This document shows, one piece after another, positions 29,102 to 40,536 of a stretch of 64,000 nt of DNA. The notes beneath the pieces were generated by a model, which saw nothing but the letters and a program-made list of their open reading frames with translations, did not search any database and was not told where the DNA came from. Location of the stretch: the NCBI GenBank assembly GCA_019244185.1, contig JAFATB010000023.1, positions 448,001 to 512,000 on the forward strand, written 5' to 3'. This DNA comes from Acidobacteriota bacterium. GTDB taxonomy: Bacteria; Acidobacteriota; Thermoanaerobaculia; Gp7-AA8. The translations under genes and the position numbers were made by a program. Position 1 is the first letter of the stretch. Each line of letters begins with the position of its first letter.

Positions 29102-30445
29102 CTCGTTCGACGGAAACTTCTGCAGCCGTTCGAGCAGCATTTTCATGGCCGTCATCGGATCCGTTCCCGCCAGCGCCCGGCGCAGCGTGTGGATCTTCGG
29201 CAGCACCGTCGGCGGCAGGAGTTTCTCTTCCTTGCGCGTGCCGGTCTGGCCGATGTTCATGGCCGGGAAGATGCGGCGCTCGAAGAGACCGCGGTCGAGC
29301 ACGATCTCCGTATTGCCGGTTCCCTTGAATTCCTGAAAGATCACTTCGTCCATGCGCGAACCGGTGTCGATGAGCGCCGTCGCGATGATGGTCAGCGAGC
29401 CCCAGTCCTCGGCGTTGCGCGCCGCGCCGAAGAAGCGCCGCGGCTTCTCCATCGTGCGCGCGTCGATGCCGCCGGAGAGGATCTTGCCGGAGCCGCGCTG
29501 CTCGTTGTTGTACGCGCGCGACATGCGCGTGATCGAGTCGCAGAGGATCACGACGTCTTTCTTGATCTCGACCAGACGCCGCGCGCGCTCGAGGATGATC
29601 TCGGCGAGATGAATGTGGCTGTCGGCCGTTTCGTCGGAGCTCGACGCCACGACTTCGCCGTTCTCGACCGAGCGCCGGAAGTCGGTGACTTCCTCGGGAC
29701 GCTCGTCGACGAGCAGCACGAACAGCAGCACGTCGGGATGGTTGCGGTTGATGCCGTGGGCGATGTCTTTCAGCAGCGTCGTCTTGCCGGCTTTCGGCGG
29801 CGCGACGACGAGGCAGCGCTGCCCCTTGCCGATCGGCGCGAGCAGATCGAGGACGCGCGTCGTGAGGCGCTCGGGCTCGGTCTCGAGCTTGAACATCTCG
29901 TTCGGATCGATCGAGATCAGCTCGGAGAACGGACGGCGCGACTCGCGGTACTCCTCGAGCGGCACGCCTTCGACGGTCTCGAGTCCGATGAGCTCGAGGC
30001 CGTTGCCGGTGCGGCGCGCGGAGCCGCCGAGGAGAAGGCCCGCCTGCAGGTGGAGGCGTTCGATCGTGGAGCGCGGAACGATCGCGTCGCCCGGCTGCGG
30101 GTAGTAGTTGTTCGCGGGATCGACGAGCACGCCGGCGCCGTTCGGCTTGATGAAGAGGACGCCGCCCGTGGCGACGAGCTCGCCCGGCGCGATGTCGATC
30201 GGCGGAGCGCTGCCGTTTTCCTGCGGCATCGGACGGCGGTCGCTGCCTCCCGGCCCGCTACCGCTGCGACCGCGGCGCCGGCGGCGGCGTCCGCCGCCTC
30301 CACCGTAGTTGCCGGAGGGATTTGCTTCGTTTCCTGGTGACGGGCCGTTGCCGTTGCCGTGGGGCGGCTGCCCCTCCGGTCCGGCACCGCCCGGGCGGCG
30401 TCTGCGGCGACGCCGCTTACGCGGAGTGCGGTTGTCTGGTGTCAT
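29081..30445 (-). CDS. rho: Transcription termination factor Rho (atypical N-terminus)
   Basis: PIGKGQR, APPKAGKT, LVDERPEEVTD, DSITRMSRAYN, EFKGTGN, GTRKEEKL. Confidence 0.95.
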   Translation of the reverse strand: MTPDNRTPRKRRRRRRRPGGAGPEGQPPHGNGNGPSPGNEANPSGNYGGGGGRRRRRRGRSGSGPGGSDRRPMPQENGSAPPIDIAPGELVATGGVLFIKPNGAGVLVDPANNYYPQPGDAIVPRSTIERLHLQAGLLLGGSARRTGNGLELIGLETVEGVPLEEYRESRRPFSELISIDPNEMFKLETEPERLTTRVLDLLAPIGKGQRCLVVAPPKAGKTTLLKDIAHGINRNHPDVLLFVLLVDERPEEVTDFRRSVENGEVVASSSDETADSHIHLAEIILERARRLVEIKKDVVILCDSITRMSRAYNNEQRGSGKILSGGIDARTMEKPRRFFGAARNAEDWGSLTIIATALIDTGSRMDEVIFQEFKGTGNTEIVLDRGLFERRIFPAMNIGQTGTRKEEKLLPPTVLPKIHTLRRALAGTDPMTAMKMLLERLQKFPSNEAFLKSF

Positions 30446-30596
30446 GCAAATTCATCAACTCGACTCAATCTGATGAGGCGAACCTTACTGAGTTTTCACC
30501 TGCGAGTCCCGGGAACCGACGACGTCGGGGCGGAGAGTCAAGTCTCAACGCCCGGCGGGATGCGAAACGCAAAATCGTCGCGCTAGGTGCGCGCGT

Positions 30597-30625
30597 AGTA
30601 TGCGAAAGGTGGAAGGCAAATGCAA
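30597..30625 (-). promoter_or_regulatory. Putative rho promoter (about 145-nt leader)
   Basis: Minus strand TTGCAT, 17-nt spacer, CATACT. Confidence 0.4.
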
Positions 30626-30631
30626 GCGGCG

Positions 30632-30755
30632 ACGAAAAGCGAATGAAGAATGCAGAACGCAGAATGCAGAATGAAGAATTGTGGTGGCGCTGCGCGCACG
30701 TTTCTAAATTCTTCATTCTGCGTTCTGCGTTCTGCATTCTTCATTCGCTTTTCGT
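30632..30755. repeat. 49-bp inverted repeat built of heptamers (GAAGAAT/GCAGAAY)
   Basis: Arms 30632-30680 and 30707-30755, one mismatch, 26-nt loop. Confidence 0.9.
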
Positions 30756-30819
30756 TCTCTTTTCCCTCCGCCTGTGCCAAAATCCCCTCCCGAAACCCCC
30801 AACCTGACGATGGTCCTGC

Positions 30820-33696
<2,877 letters not shown>

Positions 33697-33724
33697 TCGA
33701 GCAAATTGATTTGGAGGATGTCAG

Positions 33725-33955
33725 ATGCCGGTGCTGACCGACCAGCAGCGCAAGTTCTACGAGACGACGCTTCAGGTGACGAAGCAGGAGATCAGCGATC
33801 TCAAGGACCAGATCGAGGAAGAGCTCGCGAAGGTGAAGGACCGCATCGCCGAGTTGCAGTCCGCGATCAACGCGTCGAAGCAGATGTACGGCGCCGCGTG
33901 CTCGCGCCTCGGCGTGAACAACGATCTCGACGAAGACGACGGTGGCGAAGCGTAG
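33725..33955 (+). CDS. Small coiled-coil hypothetical protein
   Basis: GGAGG RBS; heptad pattern ISDLKDQIEEELAKVKDRIAELQ. Confidence 0.8.
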   Translation: MPVLTDQQRKFYETTLQVTKQEISDLKDQIEEELAKVKDRIAELQSAINASKQMYGAACSRLGVNNDLDEDDGGEA

Positions 33956-34826
33956 TCTGCTGACCGGCGACGATCGACGACCGCGGCTTCACGCCGCGGT
34001 TTTTGTTTGTCTGCTCGCGTTCGCGTCCTGCCGCGCTCCCGAGCCGCTCGCCACGCAGCGCGACGATCTCGGCCGCGCGGTGGCGATGCCGCGCGACATC
34101 ACTCGCGTGGTCTCGCTCGCGGCCAACGTCACGGAGATGATCTACGCCGTCGGCGCGGAGGAGAAGCTGGTCGGGACGGACGACTTCTCGAACTATCCCG
34201 CCGCGGCGCGCGCGCTGCCGAAAGTCGGCGGCATGCAGCCGAACGTCGAGCGCATCATCGCGCTGCGTCCCGATCTCGTCTTCGCTTCGAGCGAAGGCAA
34301 CATGCCGAACATCGAGCCGCCGCTCAAAGCGGCCGGCATTCCGATCTACGTCGTGCGCACGGACCGTCTCTCCGAGATTGCGCCGGCCATGGAGCGCATC
34401 GGCGCACTGCTCGGCGCGGAGCAGCGCGCGATCGCGGCCACCGAGCTCCGCCTCCACATCGCCGCGCAGCGGCGCATGCGCGTGAATCATCCGCGCGTGC
34501 TGTTCGCGGTGTGGGCCGATCCGCTGTACGTCGCCGGACGCGCGACGTTCACCGACGATCTCTTCGCGCTGGCCGGTGCACAGAACGCGGTGCAGGTCAC
34601 CGGCTGGCCGCAGTATTCGCTCGAGTCGCTCGCCGCCCATCCGCCCGACCTCGTGCTCCATCCGCGCAAGTCGGTGACGCGGGCGGAGATCGACGCGATG
34701 CTCGCGCGCGTGCCCGGCGTGCATCCGCGCGTGGTCGCCGTCGATGAGGACATCTTCCAGCGTCCCGGCCCGCGCGTCGTCGATGCGGCGAAGGAGCTCA
34801 ATGCGATACTGGATGCGCAACGATGA
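33942..34826 (+). CDS. ABC transporter substrate-binding lipoprotein (BtuF/iron-chelate class)
   Basis: Lipobox FASC; DDLGR, RVVSLAANVTE, PNVERIIALRPDLV, RPGPR. Start uncertain. Confidence 0.88.
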   Translation: MAKRSLLTGDDRRPRLHAAVFVCLLAFASCRAPEPLATQRDDLGRAVAMPRDITRVVSLAANVTEMIYAVGAEEKLVGTDDFSNYPAAARALPKVGGMQPNVERIIALRPDLVFASSEGNMPNIEPPLKAAGIPIYVVRTDRLSEIAPAMERIGALLGAEQRAIAATELRLHIAAQRRMRVNHPRVLFAVWADPLYVAGRATFTDDLFALAGAQNAVQVTGWPQYSLESLAAHPPDLVLHPRKSVTRAEIDAMLARVPGVHPRVVAVDEDIFQRPGPRVVDAAKELNAILDAQR

Positions 34827-34899
34827 GAGCTGAGCGATGAACGATGAACGCACGGCGGCAGGCTCGCCGTCATCGTTCATCGTTCATCGTTCATCGTTC
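34820..34899. repeat. Heptamer inverted repeat (CGATGAA / CATCGTT x4) over the permease start
   Basis: cgatgaacgatgaacg ... catcgttcatcgttcatcgttcatcgttc, with inner stem acggcg/cgccgt. Confidence 0.8.
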
Positions 34900-35838
34900 G
34901 GCGTCGCGCTCCTGGCGTTGTCCGCGCTGCTCGTCCTCTCCATCGCTCTCGGTGTTCGCTTCGGCGCGACGCCCATCCACTGGAATGACCCCACGTCGCG
35001 CACGATCCTCCTGCAGATCCGCCTGCCGCGCGTGCTGCTCGCCGCGGCCATCGGCGCGGCGCTCGCCGTCGCGGGCGTGACGTTTCAGACGCTGCTGCGC
35101 AATCCGCTCGCCGACCCGTTCATCCTCGGCGTCTCCGGCGGCGCGGCGTGCGGTGCCGCGGTCTCCGCCGCGCTCGGACTCTCGCGCATTCCCGGACTCG
35201 TGCCGCTCATCGCCTTCGCCGGCGCATGCGGCGCGACGGCCGCGGTGTTCCTGCTCGCGCGCCGCCGCGATCACACCGATCCGACACGGCTGCTGCTGTC
35301 CGGTCTCGTGCTCAACGCGTTCTTCTCCGCCGTGATCCTGATCTCGTTCGGACTCGCGCGGCAGAGCGATCTCACCGCCGCGCTCCGCTGGATGATGGGC
35401 ACCGTCGCCGGCGCGACGTGGACCGCGGTCGCACTCGTCGTCGCGTTTCTCGTCGTCACGATGCTCATCCTCGCGTGGTTCGCGAACGATCTGCGCATGC
35501 TGGCGTTCGGTGAGGAAGACGCGAAAGCGCGCGGCGTCGACGTCGAGCGCGTCACGCTCGCGGGCTTCGCCGCCGCCTCGATCGTCACCGGCGCCGCCGT
35601 CGCCGTGAGCGGCATCATCGGCTTCGTCGGTCTGCTCGTGCCGCATCTCATCCGGCTGATCTGGCGCCGCGACTTTCGTTTTCTTCTTCCGCTCTGCGCG
35701 CTCGGCGGCGCGGCGCTGATGGCCGGCGCCGATCTCGTGTCGCGCGTCTCCGTTCCCGACGCGGAGCTGCCGATCGGCGCGTTCACGGCGATCCTCGGCG
35801 TGCCGTTTTTTCTGTCGCTGCTGCGGAGAGCGCGCTGA
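34837..35838 (+). CDS. FecCD/BtuC family ABC permease
   Basis: IRLPRVLLA, QTLLRNPLADPFILGVSGGA, GIIGFVGLLVPH. Confidence 0.93.
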   Translation: MNDERTAAGSPSSFIVHRSSFGVALLALSALLVLSIALGVRFGATPIHWNDPTSRTILLQIRLPRVLLAAAIGAALAVAGVTFQTLLRNPLADPFILGVSGGAACGAAVSAALGLSRIPGLVPLIAFAGACGATAAVFLLARRRDHTDPTRLLLSGLVLNAFFSAVILISFGLARQSDLTAALRWMMGTVAGATWTAVALVVAFLVVTMLILAWFANDLRMLAFGEEDAKARGVDVERVTLAGFAAASIVTGAAVAVSGIIGFVGLLVPHLIRLIWRRDFRFLLPLCALGGAALMAGADLVSRVSVPDAELPIGAFTAILGVPFFLSLLRRAR

Positions 35839-36605
35839 TGCTGGAGCTGCGCGACGTCGCGTACGCGTACGCCGGCGCGCCCGCGCTGCGCGACGTCACG
35901 CTGCGCGTCGGGCAGCGCGAGCTCGTCGCGCTCGCGGGGCCGAACGGCTCCGGCAAGTCGACGCTGCTGAAGCTCATCGCGCGGGTGTTCGCGCCGCAGC
36001 GCGGCACGATCGCGTTCGAGGGCACGCCGCTCGCGCAGTGGCTCGGCAAGGACTACGCGAAGCGCGTCGGGTATCTGCCGCAGGATCCCGATCCCGCGTT
36101 TCCGATGCGCGCGCTCGACGTCGTGGTCACCGGCCGCGCGCCGTATCTCGGTCGCTTCGCGTGGGAGTCGGCGCGCGACTGGGACGAGGCGCGCGCGGCG
36201 CTCGCGCTCTGCGACGCGGAGCATCTCGCAGAGCGTTACCTCGACGAGATGAGCGGCGGGGAGCGCAAGCGCGTCTTTCTCGCGCGCGTGCTCGCGGGGC
36301 AGCCGCGCCTCATCCTGCTCGACGAGCCGCTGGCCGCGCTCGACCTCGCGCACGTGCAGCAGTTCGCGGCGCTGCTGCGCGACGTCGTCGACCGCACCGG
36401 CGCGACCGTGCTCTTCGCCGCGCACGACCTCAACTGGGCCGCCGCGCACAGCGACCGCATGCTGGTGATGCAGCAGGGCGCGCTCGCGCTCGACGCCGCG
36501 CCATCCGAGGTCATGCGCGCGGAGGTCGTGCGTGCTCTGTTCGGGCTGGAGGTGGAGACGGTCGCGCGCGACGGCAGAACCTGGATCGTGCCGCGCGTTA
36601 CGTAA
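35838..36605 (+). CDS. ABC transporter ATPase (FepC/BtuD class)
   Basis: GPNGSGKS, MSGGERKR, LLDEP, HDLN. Confidence 0.93.
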   Translation: MLELRDVAYAYAGAPALRDVTLRVGQRELVALAGPNGSGKSTLLKLIARVFAPQRGTIAFEGTPLAQWLGKDYAKRVGYLPQDPDPAFPMRALDVVVTGRAPYLGRFAWESARDWDEARAALALCDAEHLAERYLDEMSGGERKRVFLARVLAGQPRLILLDEPLAALDLAHVQQFAALLRDVVDRTGATVLFAAHDLNWAAAHSDRMLVMQQGALALDAAPSEVMRAEVVRALFGLEVETVARDGRTWIVPRVT

Positions 36606-36636
36606 ACGCGCGAACGCGGTCGCGCGTCGATTCGGT

Positions 36637-38112
36637 ATGAATCGATTGGTCCCCATCGCCGCGCTCGCGCTTCTCGCGGCCGCGCCGCAGCCGCAACAGC
36701 TGACCGAATCGCAGCGCGCGTTGCACGCGCTGAATCGCCTCGGCTTCGGCGCGCGTCCCGGCGACGTCGAGCGCGTCACGAGCATCGGCGTCGACCGCTG
36801 GATCGAACAGCAGCTCCATCCCGAACGCATCGACGACCGCGCCGTCGACGCGCGACTCGCGCGCTACACGACGCTGCAACTCTCCGACGACCAGGTGATG
36901 CAGCAGTTCGCGAAACCGATCCTCGATGCGCGCAAGCAGAAGAAGCAGCAGCAGCTCAGCGCCGAAGACCTCGAAGCGATGCGCGAGAAGATCCCGCCGT
37001 CGCAGCGTCCGCGCCGCCTCGTCGCCGAACTCTCCGCGCAGCGCCTCGTGCGCGCCGCGGAATCGGAGCGTCAGCTCAACGAAGTGCTCGTCGACTTCTG
37101 GATGAACCACTTCAACGTCTACGCCGCAAAAGGGCTGGACCGCTATCTCATCGCGTCGTACGAGCGCGACACGATCCGCCCGCGCGTGTGGGGCCGCTTC
37201 GAAGACCTCTTGCTCGCGACCGCGCAGTCGCCGGCGATGCTCTTCTACCTCGACAACGCGCGCTCGCGCGCCGGCGCGATCAACGAGAACTACGCGCGCG
37301 AGATCATGGAGCTGCACACCCTCGGCGTCGACGGCGGCTACATGCAGAAAGACGTCACCGAGCTCGCGCGCGTGTTCACCGGCTGGAGCATGTCGCGCCC
37401 GCAGGACGCGCGCATGGAATTCGTGTTCCGTCCGCGTCTGCACGACCGCGGCGCGAAGACGGTGCTCGGCGTGCGCTTCGCGCCGAACGGCGGCATCGAC
37501 GAAGGCGCGCGGATGATCCGCATCCTCGCGCGGCATCCCGCGACGGCTCATCATCTCGCGACGAAGCTCTGCCAGCGCCTGGTCAGCGACACGCCGTCGG
37601 CCGCGCTCGTCGAGCGCGTCGCGCAGCGCTACCTCGCCACGAACGGCGATCTGCGCGAGACCGTGCGCGCGATCGTGACCAGCCCCGAGTTCTGGGACGC
37701 GCGCAACTACCGCGCGAAAGTGAAGTCGCCGTTCGAGTACGCCGTCTCCGCGATCCGCGCGACCGGCGCCACGATCGAGAATCCGCTGCCGCTCGCGCGC
37801 GAGCTCAAGACCATCGGCGAGCCGCTCTACTTCGCGCAGCCGCCGATCGGATACTCCGACAAATCCGAGGCGTGGGTGAACAGCGGCGCGCTGCTCGCGC
37901 GGCTCAACTTCGCGCTCGCGCTGGCCGGCAACAAGATGCAGGGAGTGCGCGTCGACGTCGCGAAGCTCGGCACGTCGACGGACGCCCTTGCTCGCGTGCT
38001 GACCGGCGGGCAGCTGACCGACGAAACGAAGAAGACGATCGCCGCGCGCGGCAACGATCCGCAGCTCGTGGCGGGTCTGATTCTCGGAAGCCCGGAGTTC
38101 CAACGCCAATGA
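36637..38112 (+). CDS. DUF1800 family protein
   Basis: HALNRLGFG, QLNEVLVDFWMNHFNV, NENYAREIMELHTLG, SPEFQRQ. Confidence 0.92.
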   Translation: MNRLVPIAALALLAAAPQPQQLTESQRALHALNRLGFGARPGDVERVTSIGVDRWIEQQLHPERIDDRAVDARLARYTTLQLSDDQVMQQFAKPILDARKQKKQQQLSAEDLEAMREKIPPSQRPRRLVAELSAQRLVRAAESERQLNEVLVDFWMNHFNVYAAKGLDRYLIASYERDTIRPRVWGRFEDLLLATAQSPAMLFYLDNARSRAGAINENYAREIMELHTLGVDGGYMQKDVTELARVFTGWSMSRPQDARMEFVFRPRLHDRGAKTVLGVRFAPNGGIDEGARMIRILARHPATAHHLATKLCQRLVSDTPSAALVERVAQRYLATNGDLRETVRAIVTSPEFWDARNYRAKVKSPFEYAVSAIRATGATIENPLPLARELKTIGEPLYFAQPPIGYSDKSEAWVNSGALLARLNFALALAGNKMQGVRVDVAKLGTSTDALARVLTGGQLTDETKKTIAARGNDPQLVAGLILGSPEFQRQ

Positions 38113-39311
38113 ACCGACGCTTTTTTCTCAAGTCCACCGGCCTCGTGCTCGCCGGTTCCGCGCTCACGCCGAACGTCTTCGCGAAGATGGCGAACGTCTC
38201 GTCGACGCGCGGCAAACGCGTGCTCGTGGCGATCTTCCAGCGCGGCGCCGTCGACGGTCTGAACATGATCGTGCCGCACGGCGAGCGCGCGTACTACGCG
38301 GCGCGGCCGTCGATCGCGATCCCGAAGGCGAACGTGCTCGACCTCGACGGCTTCTTCGGCGCGCATCCCTCGCTGCAGTCGCTGATGCCGTTCTGGCGCG
38401 ACAAGTCGCTCGGCATCGTGCACGCGGCCGGCAGCCCCGACGCGACGCGCTCGCACTTCGACGCGCAGGACTTCATGGAGTCGGGCACGCCCGGCGTCAA
38501 ATCGACCGAAGACGGCTTTCTCTCCCGCGCGCTGATGACCGAGGCGCGCGCGAAGTCGCCGCTGCGCGCGGTCGCGATCTCGCCGTCGATGCCGCGCATT
38601 CTCTCCGGCAGCGCCGGCGCGATCGCGACCACGAGCCTCGCCGATTTCGCGGTGCGCTCCGGCAAGTCGAGCGCGGACGCCGCGGCGTCGTTCGAGTCGA
38701 TGTACGGCGAGGCCGTGGCCGGTGCGCTCGGCGACACGGCCAAAGATTCGTTCGAGGCCGCGCGGCTGCTGCAGTCAGTCGACACCGCCGCGTCGAAAGA
38801 TGGATATCCAAGGAATCCACTCGCCGACGCGCTGCAGCAGATCGCGACGCTCATCAAGAGCAACGTGGGACTCGAGATCGCGTTCGCCGACGTCGGCGGC
38901 TGGGACACGCACGCGGCCGAAGGCGGCGCGCAGGGCCAGCTGGCGAACAATCTCCGCGGCTTCTCCGATGCCATCGCCGCGTTCGCGAACGACCTCGGAT
39001 CGCGCATGGCCGACGTCACGCTGGTGACGATGTCGGAGTTCGGGCGCACGGTGCACGAGAACGGCAATCGCGGCACCGATCACGGGCACGCGACGGTGAT
39101 GCTCGCGCTGGGCGGCGGCGTCAACGGCGGCAAGGTGCACGGACACTGGCCGGGACTCGAGACCTCGCAGCTGTACGAGCAACGCGATCTCGCGGTGACG
39201 ACCGACTTCCGCGACGTCTTCGCCGAACTGCTCACGAAGCGGCAGGGCGTCACGTCGCTGGCGAGCGTCTTTCCGCGCCATCAGCCGAGAGCGGTCGGAC
39301 TCGTGGCCTGA
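38109..39311 (+). CDS. DUF1501 family Tat-exported protein
   Basis: MNRRFFLK Tat motif; FQRGAVDGLN, RSHFDAQ, GGWDTH, SEFGRT, GTDHG; ATGA overlap with DUF1800. Confidence 0.92.
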   Translation: MNRRFFLKSTGLVLAGSALTPNVFAKMANVSSTRGKRVLVAIFQRGAVDGLNMIVPHGERAYYAARPSIAIPKANVLDLDGFFGAHPSLQSLMPFWRDKSLGIVHAAGSPDATRSHFDAQDFMESGTPGVKSTEDGFLSRALMTEARAKSPLRAVAISPSMPRILSGSAGAIATTSLADFAVRSGKSSADAAASFESMYGEAVAGALGDTAKDSFEAARLLQSVDTAASKDGYPRNPLADALQQIATLIKSNVGLEIAFADVGGWDTHAAEGGAQGQLANNLRGFSDAIAAFANDLGSRMADVTLVTMSEFGRTVHENGNRGTDHGHATVMLALGGGVNGGKVHGHWPGLETSQLYEQRDLAVTTDFRDVFAELLTKRQGVTSLASVFPRHQPRAVGLVA

Positions 39312-40480
39312 GCGGCGTCCGCGCGCGGACGCGCGGCGTAGGCGAGCGACGCGGAGAGAATGCCGCTCGCGCCGCACGCGAGCCAGAGCAGCGTCTCGTT
39401 GTACGCGTAGAGCACCATGCCGATCGCGGGACCGAGGAGCATGCCGCACGACCACGTCATCAGCCAGAGGCCCATGTAGCGGCCGCGATAGCGCTCCGGC
39501 GCGAGTCCGGTGACGAACGCTCCGGTCACCGGCGCCCACGTCATCTCGCCGAACGTCCAGAGCACGACCGTCGCGCCGATGGCGACGACGTTGTGCGCCA
39601 GTCCCGTCATCGCGAAGCCGACGCCGGTGAGCCCGTAGCCGAGCGCGATGAGCAGCTGCGGCTGAAACCGCTGCGACCACGACACGATCGAAAGCTCGAA
39701 GCAGACGATGAGCAGACCGTTGAGCGAGATCAGCGTGCCGTACGTCGACGGCGAGTAGCCGGCCTTTTCGATGTGCAGCGGAAGCGTGGAGTGGTACTGG
39801 AACTCGATCCACGTCATGCACAGCGTGGCGAGGAGAAACGTGACGAATGTACGGTCGCGCAACGCGACGCGCACCGCCGCCGCGGGCTCTTCATCGTGCG
39901 CGCTCGAACGGAGTCCGTGCGGCAGCGCGAAGAACGCCACGCAGCCGAATGCGAACGAGGTCAGCGCGTCGCCGGCGAAGAGCAGAAAGAACGAGCGGTT
40001 CGCGAGGAAGCCGGCGGTCGCGGGTCCGGCGGCGAAGCCGAGGTTCACGGCGAAGCGATACATCCCGAACGCGGCGATGCGCTGTTCGGGCGCGACGAGA
40101 TCGCCGAGGAGCGCGTTCGCGGCGGGACGATAGATCTCCCCGATCGCGCCGACGGCGAAGGTGAAGATCGCGATCAGCGGCAGCGTGCGGGCCTGCGAGA
40201 GCGCGAGCATCGTGGCCGCGGAGCCGAACATCGACAGCGCGATCGTGTTGCGGCGCCCGATGCGGTCCGCGAGATGGCCGCCGGCGATCGACGCGATGAG
40301 ATGCCCGGCGCCGTACGCGCCGATGGCGATGCCTGCCTGCGCCGGCGTGAAGCCGCGGCGCGTGAGGTAGATCGCCAGGAACGGCATGACGAACGTGCCG
40401 AAGCGATTGATGAACGCGCCGCCGAAGAGCACCCACGCGGGGCGGGGGAGGGCGCGGAGGTTCTGGCGGAGCGTGGGCAC
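39281..40480 (-). CDS. MFS transporter
   Basis: About 12 TMs; GHLADRIGRR motif A; APERYRGRYMG. Confidence 0.9.
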   Translation of the reverse strand: MPTLRQNLRALPRPAWVLFGGAFINRFGTFVMPFLAIYLTRRGFTPAQAGIAIGAYGAGHLIASIAGGHLADRIGRRNTIALSMFGSAATMLALSQARTLPLIAIFTFAVGAIGEIYRPAANALLGDLVAPEQRIAAFGMYRFAVNLGFAAGPATAGFLANRSFFLLFAGDALTSFAFGCVAFFALPHGLRSSAHDEEPAAAVRVALRDRTFVTFLLATLCMTWIEFQYHSTLPLHIEKAGYSPSTYGTLISLNGLLIVCFELSIVSWSQRFQPQLLIALGYGLTGVGFAMTGLAHNVVAIGATVVLWTFGEMTWAPVTGAFVTGLAPERYRGRYMGLWLMTWSCGMLLGPAIGMVLYAYNETLLWLACGASGILSASLAYAARPRADAAQATSPTALG

Positions 40481-40492
40481 GCTCGCAGTGTA

Positions 40493-40527
40493 GATGAGCG
40501 GCGGGCGCCGCGCGCCCGCCGCTCATC
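40493..40527 (-). terminator. 16-bp GC hairpin after the VPS10 gene
   Basis: gatgagcggcgggcgc-cgc-gcgcccgccgctcatc; no U-tract. Confidence 0.55.
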
Positions 40528-40536
40528 GGGGAAGGG

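Noticed and set aside
30470-30500. Hammerhead ribozyme (CTGATGAG core)
   Set aside because: No GAAA after the putative stem II and no stems I/III.
30632-30755. CRISPR array
   Set aside because: Inverted heptamer repeat with no unique spacers and no cas genes.
33697-33960. Cobalamin riboswitch before the BtuF-like operon
   Set aside because: No intergenic space or B12-box seen, so btu gene symbols were withheld.
38797-38820. TGGATATCCA palindrome in an AT-rich patch of DUF1501
   Set aside because: A 10-bp palindrome can occur by chance in 64 kb; no supporting context.
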